Source of the DNA: Antedon mediterranea | Taxonomy: Eukaryota > Animalia > Echinodermata | DNA: 64,000 bases | Direction of reading: 5' to 3' | Assembly: GCF_964355755.1 (NCBI RefSeq) | Contig: NC_092673.1 | Location: forward strand, 16,588,948 to 16,652,947 | In this document: positions 23,539-36,345 of the stretch, in pieces | How the letters are laid out: the number at the start of each line of letters is the position of its first letter | Numbering within the stretch: the first letter of the stretch is position 1 | Notes under the pieces: model-generated | The model's database searches: none | What the model saw: the letters and a program-made list of their open reading frames with translations, nothing else | Told to the model about the DNA's origin: nothing | Made by a program: the position numbers and the translations under genes

Positions 23539-24221
23539 AAAAAATGTTTGATTCGTTTTGCAAAGCGTCCGCGCGTCAAAGAATGACCGCCGGGATCAAG
23601 TCTGTGTAACTGATAGCACATTTCTCGATGCAAAGTTCTAAAGATGCGTTTTAATGTGGCCATATAATGAGAGACGAGAGGCCAAGTATTGTACAAAACC
23701 ACGACGGATATGATAAGATATCGCCGAATCACGTCCAAGATTAGATTTAGATGAAAGGCAAAGCAGATATCGTCCTGATAACTGACGGAGCAGTCACCGT
23801 GCGTCGGTTGCCATACGAGTAGATTCATTGGATAATAGACAAGATAACGAGTGAACGTTATCGAGTAAAACCATCGCATTTTGTCACAGAAAACGTATCC
23901 CATCGTTCTGTGAAATCCGTAACGTACGACTTGATACCAAGTTTGAAAAGCTTCGCATCCGTCGATGGTGTGCCACAGAGCCTGGAATTGATGCATGTAC
24001 ACGCGTAAACTTTTCTTCTTGGCTTGACTGATGATGATTCGCTCCACTTGTTTCGTTACAGCGGACAATACTTTACATACGTTGCCGACGATGGCTCTGG
24101 ACGCTACGATGACATAACTGATGAGACTGAACGTTATGAAAAGTATGATAGATATGTAGAAATACGGTTGAATGGGCAACCATCGATAAGCGCATTCGAA
24201 CAAGGCCAGTTTAATGCCCAT
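23526..24221 (-). CDS. Membrane protein (231 aa)
   Basis: Hydrophobic segments near the N-terminus and C-terminal third. Its 3' end overlaps the convergent gene by 13 nt. Confidence 0.7.
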   Translation of the reverse strand: MGIKLALFECAYRWLPIQPYFYISIILFITFSLISYVIVASRAIVGNVCKVLSAVTKQVERIIISQAKKKSLRVYMHQFQALWHTIDGCEAFQTWYQVVRYGFHRTMGYVFCDKMRWFYSITFTRYLVYYPMNLLVWQPTHGDCSVSYQDDICFAFHLNLILDVIRRYLIISVVVLYNTWPLVSHYMATLKRIFRTLHREMCYQLHRLDPGGHSLTRGRFAKRIKHFFHFD

Positions 24222-24261
24222 AGTGTAGTGCGTGTGTGCGGTGGTTTTTTTTTTGTTTTTT

Positions 24262-24648
24262 TTAGAGACAAGCCTGAACGTACGCTAACATCGCTGCCGA
24301 TACACCACCGACGTACCGATACTCACACGAGAATCCGAAACGATCGTTGGGACACACGCAATAGTTACCGTCTGCGGCGTCAGAGTATACACATCGGCCA
24401 TTATGCGCTGTACACATCGTGCAGTTTACTGTTGTTTTAGGAATCGATTGTTTGCACACGGCTCCGGAGACGCCATCGCCTACACACACGCAATATTTCG
24501 ATACACCATCGTACTCCATTCGTCCACTGATGCCACACAACCGTTCGTTGCATGCGCTATTTCTTCCACGGGACACGTAGACAAGTAGCAACGTTATGCA
24601 TACGATTGTCAACAAAGTGATAGTGATAGTTTTGACTTCTAGAATCAT
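24262..24648 (-). CDS. Small protein with two EGF-like domains and an N-terminal signal/anchor
   Basis: CNERLC...YCVCVGDGVSGAVC and CTMC...GRCV...YCVCPNDRFGFSCE fit the EGF C-x-C-x(n)-G-x2-C pattern. Confidence 0.75.
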   Translation of the reverse strand: MILEVKTITITLLTIVCITLLLVYVSRGRNSACNERLCGISGRMEYDGVSKYCVCVGDGVSGAVCKQSIPKTTVNCTMCTAHNGRCVYSDAADGNYCVCPNDRFGFSCEYRYVGGVSAAMLAYVQACL

Positions 24649-24657
24649 AGTTTATTA

Positions 24658-24834
24658 TTATACAATTAGTGTTTGTTTACTGTGTTTGGTTTGTAAATGG
24701 AAGGTGCTTTTTTTTTTTGTTAATATTCTCGCGTAATGTACGACCAATGCTATTAATAACAGAATCAATAGCAAACAAATAGTGCTGACGATACAACATA
24801 CAGTATTTATGCGTGTATAAACAAACGAATCCAT
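24658..24834 (-). CDS. Small single-pass membrane protein
   Basis: MDSFVYTRINTVCCIVSTICLLLILLLIALVVHY followed by a basic tail. Sits in tandem 9 nt upstream of the EGF gene. Confidence 0.5.
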   Translation of the reverse strand: MDSFVYTRINTVCCIVSTICLLLILLLIALVVHYARILTKKKSTFHLQTKHSKQTLIV

Positions 24835-25369
24835 GTCTTTCTCACTCTCTCTCTCTCTCTCTCCTCCCTCGACATTCTCAATCACATTTATAGTCATAAC
24901 ATTCTGTCGTCGTCATCACGTTGAAAGAGAGAAAAACACAATATATATTTTTTTCTTTCAAACGTTTAATTTTATTGTCACTACTGTACTATTACTACAA
25001 TGTTTATTGCTGCATTGAATTGATTACTACTACAATATAATTTTAAGTTTTCTCAATGGATTCGTTGTTACTACGATTTAGTGTTACTGTCAAGAGGTAT
25101 CTTTCTATAAAACTATAGCAAGTTCGGTATACGTTTCTGTCTGCAGAAATGATGTACATATAGTATAGAGTGTGCTATATAGAGTATCTTGTGTAAACAT
25201 GTTTTGCCAACCGAAATGTTTAGTCTAGTGACTTTAACGTTGCGCACAGCCATCGGTTCAAGGTGTGTCAAGGACATGCATTTTTTTTTTCAATAGTTGA
25301 GAGAGAATATTTAGAGGGTTAGGTTTGTATAATTAGAAAGTACACTATCATGTAGCACAATTAAATATT

Positions 25370-25729
25370 TTTTTATTATTATTATAATATTAATCTCCAT
25401 TCTTTAAGCTTTCGAAAAAATAATGTAACTTGCTTTATAATTTCTTTCAAGGCAATTAAGATATGACCCGATTTCAACAAAGCACTTCCGAATTCAACAA
25501 AGCACTTCCGAATTCAATAGATTATCAACAATTAGAAAACAGCCTTTGAAGATTTTACACCCTTAAACAATGAAACCTTAGTCTCTTGCGCTTTATAAAT
25601 GTTATTTATTATTTATTATTATTAATACGAATAAAGATTACACTTTAATTTCTTTTAATTTTATTATCATCTTCATATATAAAATCAACAATTAAAAATG
25701 CATAATTTTTATTGATTAATGGATTATTT
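25370..25729 (-). mobile_element. Partial third copy of the Sola-like element, truncated by the adjacent TIR element
   Basis: Matches 17280-18030 (without the LINE insert) and the reverse complement of 49750-50140. Confidence 0.7.
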
Positions 25730-27227
25730 TAGTCCAGTCAAAAAATCACCCTCACCATGGTATAAGAACGTACCCTAATAAAATTTCATCCGTAGGTTCT
25801 ATGTATATAGGTAATAACATTTCTTGATGTTGCGTCTTGCAAAACTTGGGATTTTACGAGAAAATTAGACTTAATATTATTAGAAAGTATTTAATACTTA
25901 AAAAAGGAGAATTGGGTAATACAGTATGTAGTTTCTCGCGAATCTTACATCACACTCCAACATTCTCACTCTCTCTTTTATTTAGTGGAAAAACACTTTA
26001 ACTTTAGAATGCTTTGAATTCTGGAAGACGACTTCGAACTTAAAGAATCGTCATGAATGAAGTTTATTGGCTCAAACTTCACACATCGGTACGATGTGAA
26101 GGCCAGACGGATTCAGAGAGGATCAAACCGGCTCCTCCTCCCCATTGGCAGTGGGCAGCGGTGGGTGGCGGCGGGTGAAAGGGGAAAATGAAAAATGTTG
26201 ATTCAGACGAATGCCAACCAGCCCCTTTGATACGCTCTTAATAATTGTTGGAAAGTGAAAGTAGGTCTACTTGAGGTAGTATCTTTCGTATAGGAGGCGC
26301 GCCTACGCGAAATGGATTATCCTTAAATAATTGGTTCTTACTCTAATTAAGATTATAATCGCGAATGATAGTTCAAAATATGCAATGCATTGTGATATTC
26401 ACGCAAGTAGGCCTAATGCTGTGGAAAAAAAAGAATGTCCAAAATAAAACCAGCGGAACTATCTATCATTACGCTTCAGCAGATATACAAATATACACTT
26501 AATCCATCATGATGGTATACTGGAGGTTGTAATGTGTTTAAATATATACAATCCGTTTTTCCATGATAAAAAATATAAATACATTTGTGAAAATATAATA
26601 ATAATATTCTGCCTCTTGCAGAGGCAATAACTAACAAACCGCATCGGGTTTCGTATATTAATGCCGTGTACTGTGTAACCATCCGGCCATACAAGTCCGA
26701 TAAAAGTATGACAAAAACCGCATCGGGTTTCGTATATTAATGCCTTGTATATATATAATCATCCATACAAGTCCGATAAAAGTATGACGCGTGAGGGCGC
26801 ACTTTATTCTATGAAAGGCCATTTTGATTTGTACATTTTTAAACACATATCTGTAAATATTTTAGTTTATAATTGGGTTTTGTTTATAATTTTATGTATT
26901 TTATTATACAATTTATTGTAAACTATATTTAAATTTTTGTATAAACTATTAATTTTGTAGGTTTTTAGCTTTGTTAATGCATTTTTCAACGGGCGCTAAC
27001 GGCGTCTCGTAATTTCAGTCACGCTTCGTCGCATTTGCTGTACACAATAATACGACATGAGGCGGTTATAAATTGGGTATAAAAAGTCTAATTTTCTCGT
27101 AAAATCCCAAGTTTTGCAAGACGCAACCATCAAGAAATGTTATTACCTATATACATAGAACCTACGGATGAAATTTAATTAGGGTACGTTCTTATACCAT
27201 GGTGAGGGTGATTTTTTGACTGGACTG
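25730..27227. mobile_element. Non-autonomous DNA transposon with ~140-bp near-perfect TIRs (possibly Academ-type termini)
   Basis: AGTCCAGTCAAAAAATCACCCTCACCATGG...GAAAATTAGACTT (25731-25872) is the reverse complement of 27084-27226. No TSD identified. Confidence 0.8.
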
Positions 27228-27693
27228 ACGGTGTCAATATCCATGGGTGTCTAAGCAAACCGTATCCATGTCTCTCTCTCTCTCTCTTTATTTCTTCATC
27301 AACATTCTCACAATCACATAAAATTCTGTCGTCGTCGTCGTCATCGCGTTGGAAGAGAGAAAAAACACAATATTTTTTTTTTCTTTCAAACGTTTAATTG
27401 TATTATCACTACTATTACTACAATGTTTGTTGCGGCATTGAATTGATTATTACTACACTACAATTTTTAGTTTTCTTAATGAATTCGTTGTTACTATTAT
27501 ATTGAGGTAGACGCAACGTTAAAATTGCATTGAGTTGTACAATAAATTATAAATAGAAATAATCAAACGTTTAATTATTATTATTATCACTACTAATATT
27601 ACTACTACAATTACGGCATTGATTTGTACAATAAAAAATTACTAATACAAAATAAACTACAAAAACAACAACAATGTTTTTTTTTTTTTAAAG

Positions 27694-29268
27694 TCAATGG
27701 ATTCGTTGTTTTTTCTTAATATTGCCGCATTGAGGAAGACGCTTTCGTTTTGTCAGTTGTTGGCGCATCTCATCACGCAAAGTATCGGCCATCGAAAGCA
27801 AACTGTCTTGAAACGTAGAAACCATATCGGTTTCTCGTTTTTGCATATTTTCTATTACTTGTTGATATTTGATTTCTCTTTCTTCCGATTTGGTGATGTG
27901 ATTTTGGAATTCTATCAACATGTTATTGAATTGTGTTTGTAAAGTACTCAATTTGGTCTCTGTTTCGCGTAAATCTTGGCGTGCCTGCTCCAATTGGCTT
28001 ATCAGTTGTTGAATGCCAATGTTAGATGAGGGTATATTATTTACATCACTAATAAAACCTCTTGTTGAAGGATACTTGTCTATTAGAGAATCTTTTAAGA
28101 TTCGTTTTCGTTTGTACTCACATTTTTCTTTTAATTTCGTCATTTGATCTGATATCTGAAGAATGTTTATTATGGCAGTCCAATCACTGCTTGCATGTGA
28201 TTCCATCGCTCGTCCAACAAATCTAGCAAATAGTGTTTTGTTGATTGAATTGGTTTTGGCAATATTCGCAATGGCGGTGGCAACACCATTCTTTTTCTCC
28301 GATGCGCACGGTGTGGAAAAGGCACCGTGCAAAGTTATGGGATACTTCATGTCCGCACCGCAGTGATAGGTTCTTTTTTCTTGTTTATGCAATAACAATA
28401 TACGGTTGTTGTTGGTCACCGTAATTTGCAACTCTTCCAGTTTACCGTTGTCCAATTCGTTATCCAGAGTCAACTCTAGTCGCATGCGTCGTTTTACAGT
28501 TATCGGCATGATGGCGGCCGTATAGACAACTCCATTTGGAGTTCTAAGTCGAACGCCATTCATCGGCGGCGACGACGACGACGACGACGACGCAACATCA
28601 TCATCGCATTGTGGACTGTAGAGACAGCCGAGTGCCATATAGAAACAAATACGTTTCACGTCGCCATTTATTATGTCAAAAATCGGCACGGGCATCGTCG
28701 ATACATCGGCGCCGACAAAGTCAGCAACACAGTTTTTATTTCGTGAAGAAACGTTCATAAACACGTTGTCCCTACCGTATTGCTGCATTATTGTTTTCCT
28801 ATTGTCTTCTCCAAGTACACTCATGACTTGATTTTCAATTGTAGATTCGACAAGTCGCGATGATTCCAGAACACTTGCAACAACCGCGTACTCTTCTTCA
28901 CCGTCCGTACACATCAATAACATTGGCATCTCGTGCATACGTCCTTTTGCCTTTTGCAAAGATCCGATCATTCGACCGTATGATTGCGTTAGTGTATGTT
29001 CAGATCCATCGCAGAAAGCAATTAGTTTACCGAGACTGCCTCGAACATTTATCATCGTGTTTGCCTTTGTTGATTCTTGCGGCGTCGGTGGTGGTGGTGA
29101 TGGGTGTGGTTGTTGTTCTGATGCTATATCATCTTCTTGTTGGTACTCCATGAAAACTGGTTCGACCGGGTCTTGCAATTCCAACATTGCCGTCTTTAAT
29201 ATGTCGTCGTCTGTTGAATTGAACGCTAATAGGTTTTCTAAAAACATGTCCATATCGCAATGATCCAT
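27694..29268 (-). CDS. Hypothetical protein (~524 aa) with acidic/Pro-rich N-terminus, C-terminal coiled coil and basic NLS-like tail
   Basis: Long ORF with first ATG at 29268. Heptad-rich C-terminus (LISQLEQARQDLRETETKLSTLQ) and KRKR/KKKQR tail. Confidence 0.8.
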   Translation of the reverse strand: MDHCDMDMFLENLLAFNSTDDDILKTAMLELQDPVEPVFMEYQQEDDIASEQQPHPSPPPPTPQESTKANTMINVRGSLGKLIAFCDGSEHTLTQSYGRMIGSLQKAKGRMHEMPMLLMCTDGEEEYAVVASVLESSRLVESTIENQVMSVLGEDNRKTIMQQYGRDNVFMNVSSRNKNCVADFVGADVSTMPVPIFDIINGDVKRICFYMALGCLYSPQCDDDVASSSSSSSPPMNGVRLRTPNGVVYTAAIMPITVKRRMRLELTLDNELDNGKLEELQITVTNNNRILLLHKQEKRTYHCGADMKYPITLHGAFSTPCASEKKNGVATAIANIAKTNSINKTLFARFVGRAMESHASSDWTAIINILQISDQMTKLKEKCEYKRKRILKDSLIDKYPSTRGFISDVNNIPSSNIGIQQLISQLEQARQDLRETETKLSTLQTQFNNMLIEFQNHITKSEEREIKYQQVIENMQKRETDMVSTFQDSLLSMADTLRDEMRQQLTKRKRLPQCGNIKKKQRIH

Positions 29269-29493
29269 GATGACTACTGACGAATGCACGGTGAGCGAGT
29301 TAACGTATATATAGACCCAAACAGCCAATCAACGTCCAGCTTGAATAAGCGGTGTTGACTACCATTTGAAGATGATGCGTTGTTTTTTTGTTGTTTTTTT
29401 TGTTCACGCTGCTGTTTTTCGTAATGCAATAAGAGTATCGATTAGAGTGTATTTGTGTACGTGTACATTGGAGAGAAAGAGAATGCTTTTGTC

Positions 29494-29896
29494 ATGCAAT
29501 CTGTTTCCCGTATAGTGGCGAGAAGACCTAACAATTACCTGATTTCAGCTATACTCGTGACTTTATTATGCTGTATTCCATTCGGTATTATAGGAATCGT
29601 GTACAGCGTAGATGTAAGTAATCTATTTCCTCTACAACCTCATCCCATCACCACTTTTTTTTAAATTTTTTTAATCTATTTTAGTTTCTATTCTTTTACT
29701 TTTACAGAGTTCGAGAAAGTTCGACTACGGTGACAGTGAGGGTGCAGCCAGATCAGCACGATCGGCAAAGAGATGGTCTATTGCAGGATTGCTGTTTGGA
29801 ATCATCATCATCGTCGTCGTTTGCATCATATGGACCTTGAACTCAAGTCTACCTAATCATTCCACTCACCCTCCTTCGTTACAAGACATCATGTGA
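29494..29896 (+). CDS. CD225/dispanin (IFITM/PRRT-like) protein, 2 exons (29494-29613, 29708-29896), 102 aa
   Basis: PNNYLISAILVTLLCCIPFGIIGIVYSVD|SSRKFDYGDSEGAARSARSAKRWSIAGLLFGIIIIVVV is the canonical CD225 pattern (P.NYL, CC.P.G, GD..GA...S..AK). The intron is GTAAGT...TTACAG, phase 0. Confidence 0.9.
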
Positions 29897-30579
29897 TTCA
29901 AGCGAGAGGCAGTTGAAAACATTTGTATTTGATAATACATATATAACAGCGTTGTTGTTGTTGAATGATTATGTTTTTTTTTTTTTCAAAAATAAATAAT
30001 ATGTGCATATAAATAAGAAATGACCAAGTTTAATGCGTTTACAATAAAATACATGCACTGTCCTTGGTGCGTGGGTATTGAAGAATAGTTTTGTCATAAA
30101 ACTGTTAAAGATCATTTCATACATCGAATGAATGCAATTGTCTTAAACGGCAAGTTAGATATTATAACGCGCCTCCTATAATGCGCACCTTTGGCAACTG
30201 TATCGGTATTGAAAATGTTTTGGCATCGTTTGCCATCGTATAATGAACCTTGGTATCAAGTTCTAAACCAATTTCAACTCACCCTCCTTCGTTAAAAGAT
30301 TATCATGTGATTGAGAGCGGTAGAGGTAATGAATTACTATTTCCTAATTTTATATACTGTAACATCTAAATGAACATTCTAGAATGTGTTTAGATTTTAA
30401 GAAACCGTGTATAATAATTATTATAAAAACATTCCAAAAGTATCTATTATTTTTGTTCTAAAGAATTATCGAACGAATGATTGATGATGACCAATGACCA
30501 TGACACTGTCCTCCTTTGTGCTGGGTGTATTGAAGAATAATTTTCTCATAAAACGGTTAAAGGGTCATTTCATATATCG

Positions 30580-33500
30580 ACCAAATGCAAACGGGTACCA
30601 GTTTTCTGTCTCTTTTTTGTTCTAAAGAATTATCGATGACAGATGACCAAGTTGAATGCGTTTACAATAACAGCCACGCACTGTCCTCTTTGGTGCGCGT
30701 GTATTGAAGAATAATTTTCTCATAAAACTGTTAAAAGGGTCATTTCATACATCCAATGAATGCAAACGGGTACCAGTTTTCTGTCTCTTTTTTGTTCTAA
30801 ACAATGATGACAGATGACCAAGTTGAAAGCGTTTACAATAAGAGACATGCATTGTCCATTGGTGCGGGAGTATTGAAGAATGGTTTTGTCATACAACTGT
30901 TAAAGGGTCATTTCATACATCGAACCAATGCAATTGTCTTAAACGGCAAGTTAGATAATATATCTCGCCTATAATGCGTGCCTCTGCCACTCGGTATTGA
31001 ATATGTTTAACCGTCATCATAAAATTTTCCAACATTATACAGTAACATGTACATGGACATTCTAGAATGTGTTTAGATTTTAAGAAACCGTGTATAATAA
31101 TTATTATAAGAACAATTAGAAACAATCCAAAAGTATGATTAGAAACTGTAATACCAATAGAGTAAGAAGTATCATCTAGAAGGTTACGAACATATCGTAT
31201 ACAAGGAAGAAGAGGGAACGGGTAGTGTTCTCTCTCCGTTTGGGTGAACTGAATGCTTGAAAACATTGACTCGCGCTGTTTCCTGAAGTATGCTATCATT
31301 AGAAACTGTAATCGAATAGAATAAGAAGTATGATCTGGAAAGTTATAAACATTATTGTATATATACAACAGGCGACGAATGCACGGCATGTATGCCTCTT
31401 ATTGATTGCACGACCGTATCAACTCGATCGGTAAAGAGACGGTGTATGTATCTACATGAACATTCTAGAATAAGAGTGTGTTTGGATTTAAGAAACCATG
31501 TATAATAATTATACAACGCGCGATGAATGCACGGCATGTTATGCATGTTACTGATTGCGCGGCTTACTCAACTTAACATTGACTATAATCGCGAATAAAC
31601 AATGCATTGTGATATCCGCGCAAGTAATGCTGTTAAAAAAAGAATGTCCAGAATATAGGCTAACCAGACAACTAGGAGATCATTACGCTTTAGCAGATAC
31701 AATACGGCGCTTCACTTAATCCATCATGATGGTAGACTGGAGGTTGTAATGTGTTTAAATATATACAATCCTTTTTTTGTTTCCATGATAAAAACTAGAA
31801 ATACATTTGTGAAAATATAATAATAAAAGTCTGCCTCTTGCAGAGGCAATAAACTAACAAACCGCATCGGGTTTCGTATATTAATGCCTTGTATATATAT
31901 AATCATCCATACAAGTCCGATAAAAGTATGACGCGTGAGGGCGCACTTTATTCTATGAAAGGCCATTTTGATTTGTACATTTTTAAACACATATCTGTAA
32001 ATATTTTAGTTTATAATTGGGTTTTCTTTATAATTTTATGTATTTTATTATACAATTTATTGTAAACTATATTTAAATTTTTGTATAAACTATTAATTTT
32101 GTAGGTTTTTAGCTTTGTTAATGCATTTTTCAACGGGCGCTAACGGCGTCTCGTAATTTCAGTCACGCTTCGTCGCATTCGCTGTACACAATAATACGAC
32201 ATGAGGCGGTTATAAATTGGGTATAACAAGTCTAATTTTCTCGTAAAATCCCAAGTTTTGCAAGACGCAACCATCAAGAAATGTTATTACCTATATACAT
32301 AGAACCTACGGATGAAATTTTATTAGGGTACGTTCTTATACCATGGTGAGGGTGATTTTTTGACTGGACTCAACATTCAATATCCATGGGTGTCTAAGCA
32401 AACCGTATCCATGTCTCTCTCTCTCTCTCTCTCTTTATCAACATTCTCACAATCACATAACATTCTGTCGTCGTCGTCATCGCGTTGGAAGAGAGAAAAA
32501 ACACAATATTTTTTTTTTCTTTCAAACGTTTAATTGTATTATCACTACTATTACTACAAATTGCGGCATTGAATTGATTAAATGAATGCAAACGGGTACC
32601 AGTTTTCTGTCTCTTTTTTGTTCTAAAGAATTATCGATGACAGATGACCAAGTCGAATGCGTTTACAATAACAGACACGCACTGTCCTCTTTGGTGCGCG
32701 TGTATTGAAGAATAATTTTCTCATAAAACTGTTAAAAGGGTCATTTCATACATCCAATGAATGCAAACGGGTACCAGTTTTCTGTCTCTTTTTTGTTCTA
32801 AACAATGATGACAGATGACCAAGTTGAAAGCGTTTACAATAAGAGACATGCATTGTCCATTGGTGCGGGAGTATTGAAGAATGGTTTTGTCATACAACTG
32901 TTAAAGGGTCATTTCATACATCGAACAAATGCAATTGTCTTAAACGGCAAGTTAGATAATATATCTCGCCTATAATGCGTGCCTCTGCCACTCGGTATTG
33001 AATATGTTTAACCGTCATCATAAAATTTTCCAACATTATACAGTAACATGTACATGGACATTCTAGAATGTGTTTAGATTTTAAGAAACCGTGTATAATA
33101 ATTATTATAAGAACAATCAGAAACATTCCAAAAGTATGATTAGAAACTGTAATACCAATAGAGTAAGAAGTATCATCTAGAAGGTTACGAACATATCGTA
33201 TACAAGAAGAGAGAACGGGTAGTGTTCTCTCTCCGTTTGGGTGAACTGAATGCTTGAAAACATTGACTCGCGCTGTTTCCTGAAGGATGCTATCATTAGA
33301 AACTGTAATCGAATAGAATAAGAAGTATGATCTGGAAAGTTATAAACATTATTGTATATATACAACACGCGATGCATGCACGGCATGTTATGCCTGTTAC
33401 TGATTGCGCGACCGTATCAACTCGATCGGTAAAAAGAGACGGTGTATTGCTTCTTCTCGAAGTAAACAATATTTTAAATTGGTTCTCTCGGTATACAACA

Positions 33501-34710
33501 CGCGATGAATGCACGGCATGTTATGCCTCTTATTGATTGCACGACCGTATCAACTCGATCGGTAAAGAGACGGTGTATGTATCTACATGAACATTCTAGA
33601 ATAAGAGTGTGTTTGGATTTAAGAAACCATGTATAATAATTATACAACGCGCGATGAATGCTCGGCATGTTATGCATGTTACTGATTGCGCGGCTTACTC
33701 AACTTAACATTGACTATAATCGCGAATAAACAATGCATTGTGATATCCGCGCAAGTAATGCTGTTAAAAAAAGAATGTCCAGAATATAGGCTAACCAGAC
33801 AACTAGGAGATCATTACGCTTTAGCAGATACAATACGGCGCTTCACTTAATCCATCATGATGGTAGACTGGAGGTTGTAATGTGTTTAAATATATACAAT
33901 CCTTTTTTTGTTTCCATGATAAAAACTAGAAATACATTTGTGAAAATATAATAATAAAAGTCTGCCTCTTGCAGAGGCAATAAACTAACAAACCGCATCG
34001 GGTTTCGTATATTAATGCCTTGTATATATATAATCATCCATACAAGTCCGATAAAAGTATGACGCGTGAGGGCGCACTTTATTCTATGAAAGGCCATTTT
34101 GATTTGTACATTTTTAAACACATATCTGTAAATATTTTAGTTTATAATTGGGTTTTCTTTATAATTTTATGTATTTTATTATACAATTTATTGTAAACTA
34201 TATTTAAATTTTTGTATAAACTATTAATTTTGTAGGTTTTTAGCTTTGTTATGGCATTTTTCAACGGGCGCTAACGGCGTCTCGTAATTTCAGTCACGCT
34301 TCGTCGCATTCGCTGTACACAATAATACGACATGAGGCGGTTATAAATTGGGTATAAAAAGTCTAATTTTCTCGTAAAATCCCAAGTTTTGCAAGACGCA
34401 ACCATCAAGAAATGTTATTACCTATATACATAGAACCTACGGATGAAATTTTATTAGGGTACGTTCTTATACCATGGTGAGGGTGATTTTTTGACTGGAC
34501 TCAACATTCAATATCCATGGGTGTCTAAGCAAACCGTATCCATGTCTCTCTCTCTCTCTTTATTTCTTCATCAACATTCTCACAATCACATAAAATTCTG
34601 TCGTCGTCGTCATCGCGTTGGAAGAGAGAAAAAACACAATATTTTTTTTTTCTTTCAAACGTTTAATTGTATTATCACTACTATTACTACAATGTTTATT
34701 GCGGCATTGA
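30580..34710. repeat. ~2.1 kb tandem duplication containing the right half of the TIR element
   Basis: Sequence ~30580-32580 recurs at ~32580-34710, with identical spurious ORFs at 31724-31990 and 33855-34121. TIR right ends are at ~32370 and ~34501. Confidence 0.85.
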
Positions 34711-34982
34711 ATTGATTATTACTACACTACAATTTTTAGTTTTCTTAATGAATTCGTTGTTACTATTATATTGAGGTAGACGCAACGTTAAAATTGCATT
34801 GATTTGTACAATAAATTATAAATAGAAATAATGAAACGTTTAATTATTATTATTATCACTACTACTATTACTACTACTACAATTACGGCATTGATTTGTA
34901 CAATAAAAAATTACTAACAACAAAATTACTACAAAATGGAAAAATGAAAAAAACAACAACAATGTTTTTTTTTTTTTTAAAG

Positions 34983-36120
34983 TCAATGGATTCGTTGTTT
35001 TTTCTTAATATTGCCGCATTGAGGAAGACGCTTTCGTTTTGTCAGTTGTTGGCGCATCTCATCACGCAAAGTATCGGCCATCGAAAGCAAACTGTCTTGA
35101 AACGTAGAAACCATATTGGTTTCTCGTTTTTGCATATTTTCTATTACTTGTTGATATTTGATTTCTCTTTCTTCCGATTTGGTGATGTGATTTTGGAATT
35201 CTATCAACATGTTATTGAATTGTGTTTGTAAAGTACTCAATTTGGTTTCTGTTTCACGTAAATCTTGGCGTGCCTGCTCCAATAGGCTTACGAGTTGTTG
35301 AATGCCAATGTTAGATGAGGGTAGATTATTTACATCACTAATAAAACTTCTCGTTGATGGATACTTGTCCATTAGAGAATCTTTTAAGATTCGTTTTCGT
35401 TTGTACTCACATTTTTCTTTTAATACCGTCATTTGATCTGATATCTGAAGAATGTTTATTATGGCAGTCCAATCACTGCTTGCATGTGATTCCATCGCTC
35501 GTCCAACAAATCTAGCAAATAGTGTTTTGTTGATTGAATTGGTTTTGGCAATATTCGCAATGGCGGTGGCAACACCATTCTTTTTCTCCGATGCGCACGG
35601 TGTGGAAAAGGCACCGTGCAAAGTTATGGGATACTTCATGTCCGCACCGCAGTGATAGGTTCTTTTTTCTTGTTTATGCAATAACAATATACGGTTGTTG
35701 TTGGTCACCGTAATTTGCAACTCTTCCAGTTTACCGTTGTCCAATTCGTTTTCCAGGGTCAACTCTAGTCAACTCTAGTCGCATGCGTCGTTTTACAGTT
35801 ATCGGCATGATGGCGGCCGTATGATTGCGTTAGTGTATGTTCAGATCCATCGCAGAAAGCAATTAGTTTACCGAGACTGCCTCGAACATTTATCATCGTG
35901 TTTGCCTTTGTTGATTCTTGCGGCGTCGGTGGTGGTGGTGGTGATGGGTGTGGTTGTTGTTCTTATGCTATATCATCTTCTTGTTGGTACTCCATGAAAA
36001 CTGGTTCGACCCGGTCGAACCAGTTTTCAATTCCAACATTGCCCTCTTTAATATGTCGTCGTCTGTTGAATTGAACGCTAATAGGTTTTCTAAAAACATG
36101 TCCATATCGCAATGATCCAT
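34983..36120 (-). pseudogene. Disrupted duplicate of the 27694-29268 gene
   Basis: 458-nt deletion between CCGTAT microhomologies, a 10-nt duplication (AACTCTAGTC x2 at 35761-35780) and a palindromic rearrangement at 35995-36029 break the frame. Confidence 0.85.
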
Positions 36121-36345
36121 GATGACTACTGACGAATGCACGGTGAGCGAGTTAACGTATATATAGACCCAAACAGCCAATCAACGTCCAGCTTGAATAA
36201 GCGGTGTTGACTACCATTTGAAGATGATGCGTTGTTTTTTTGTTGTTTTTTTTGTTCACGCTGCTGTTTTTCGTAATGCAATAAGAGTATCGATTAGAGT
36301 GTATTTGTGTACGTGTACATTGGAGAGAAAGAGAATGCTTTTGTC

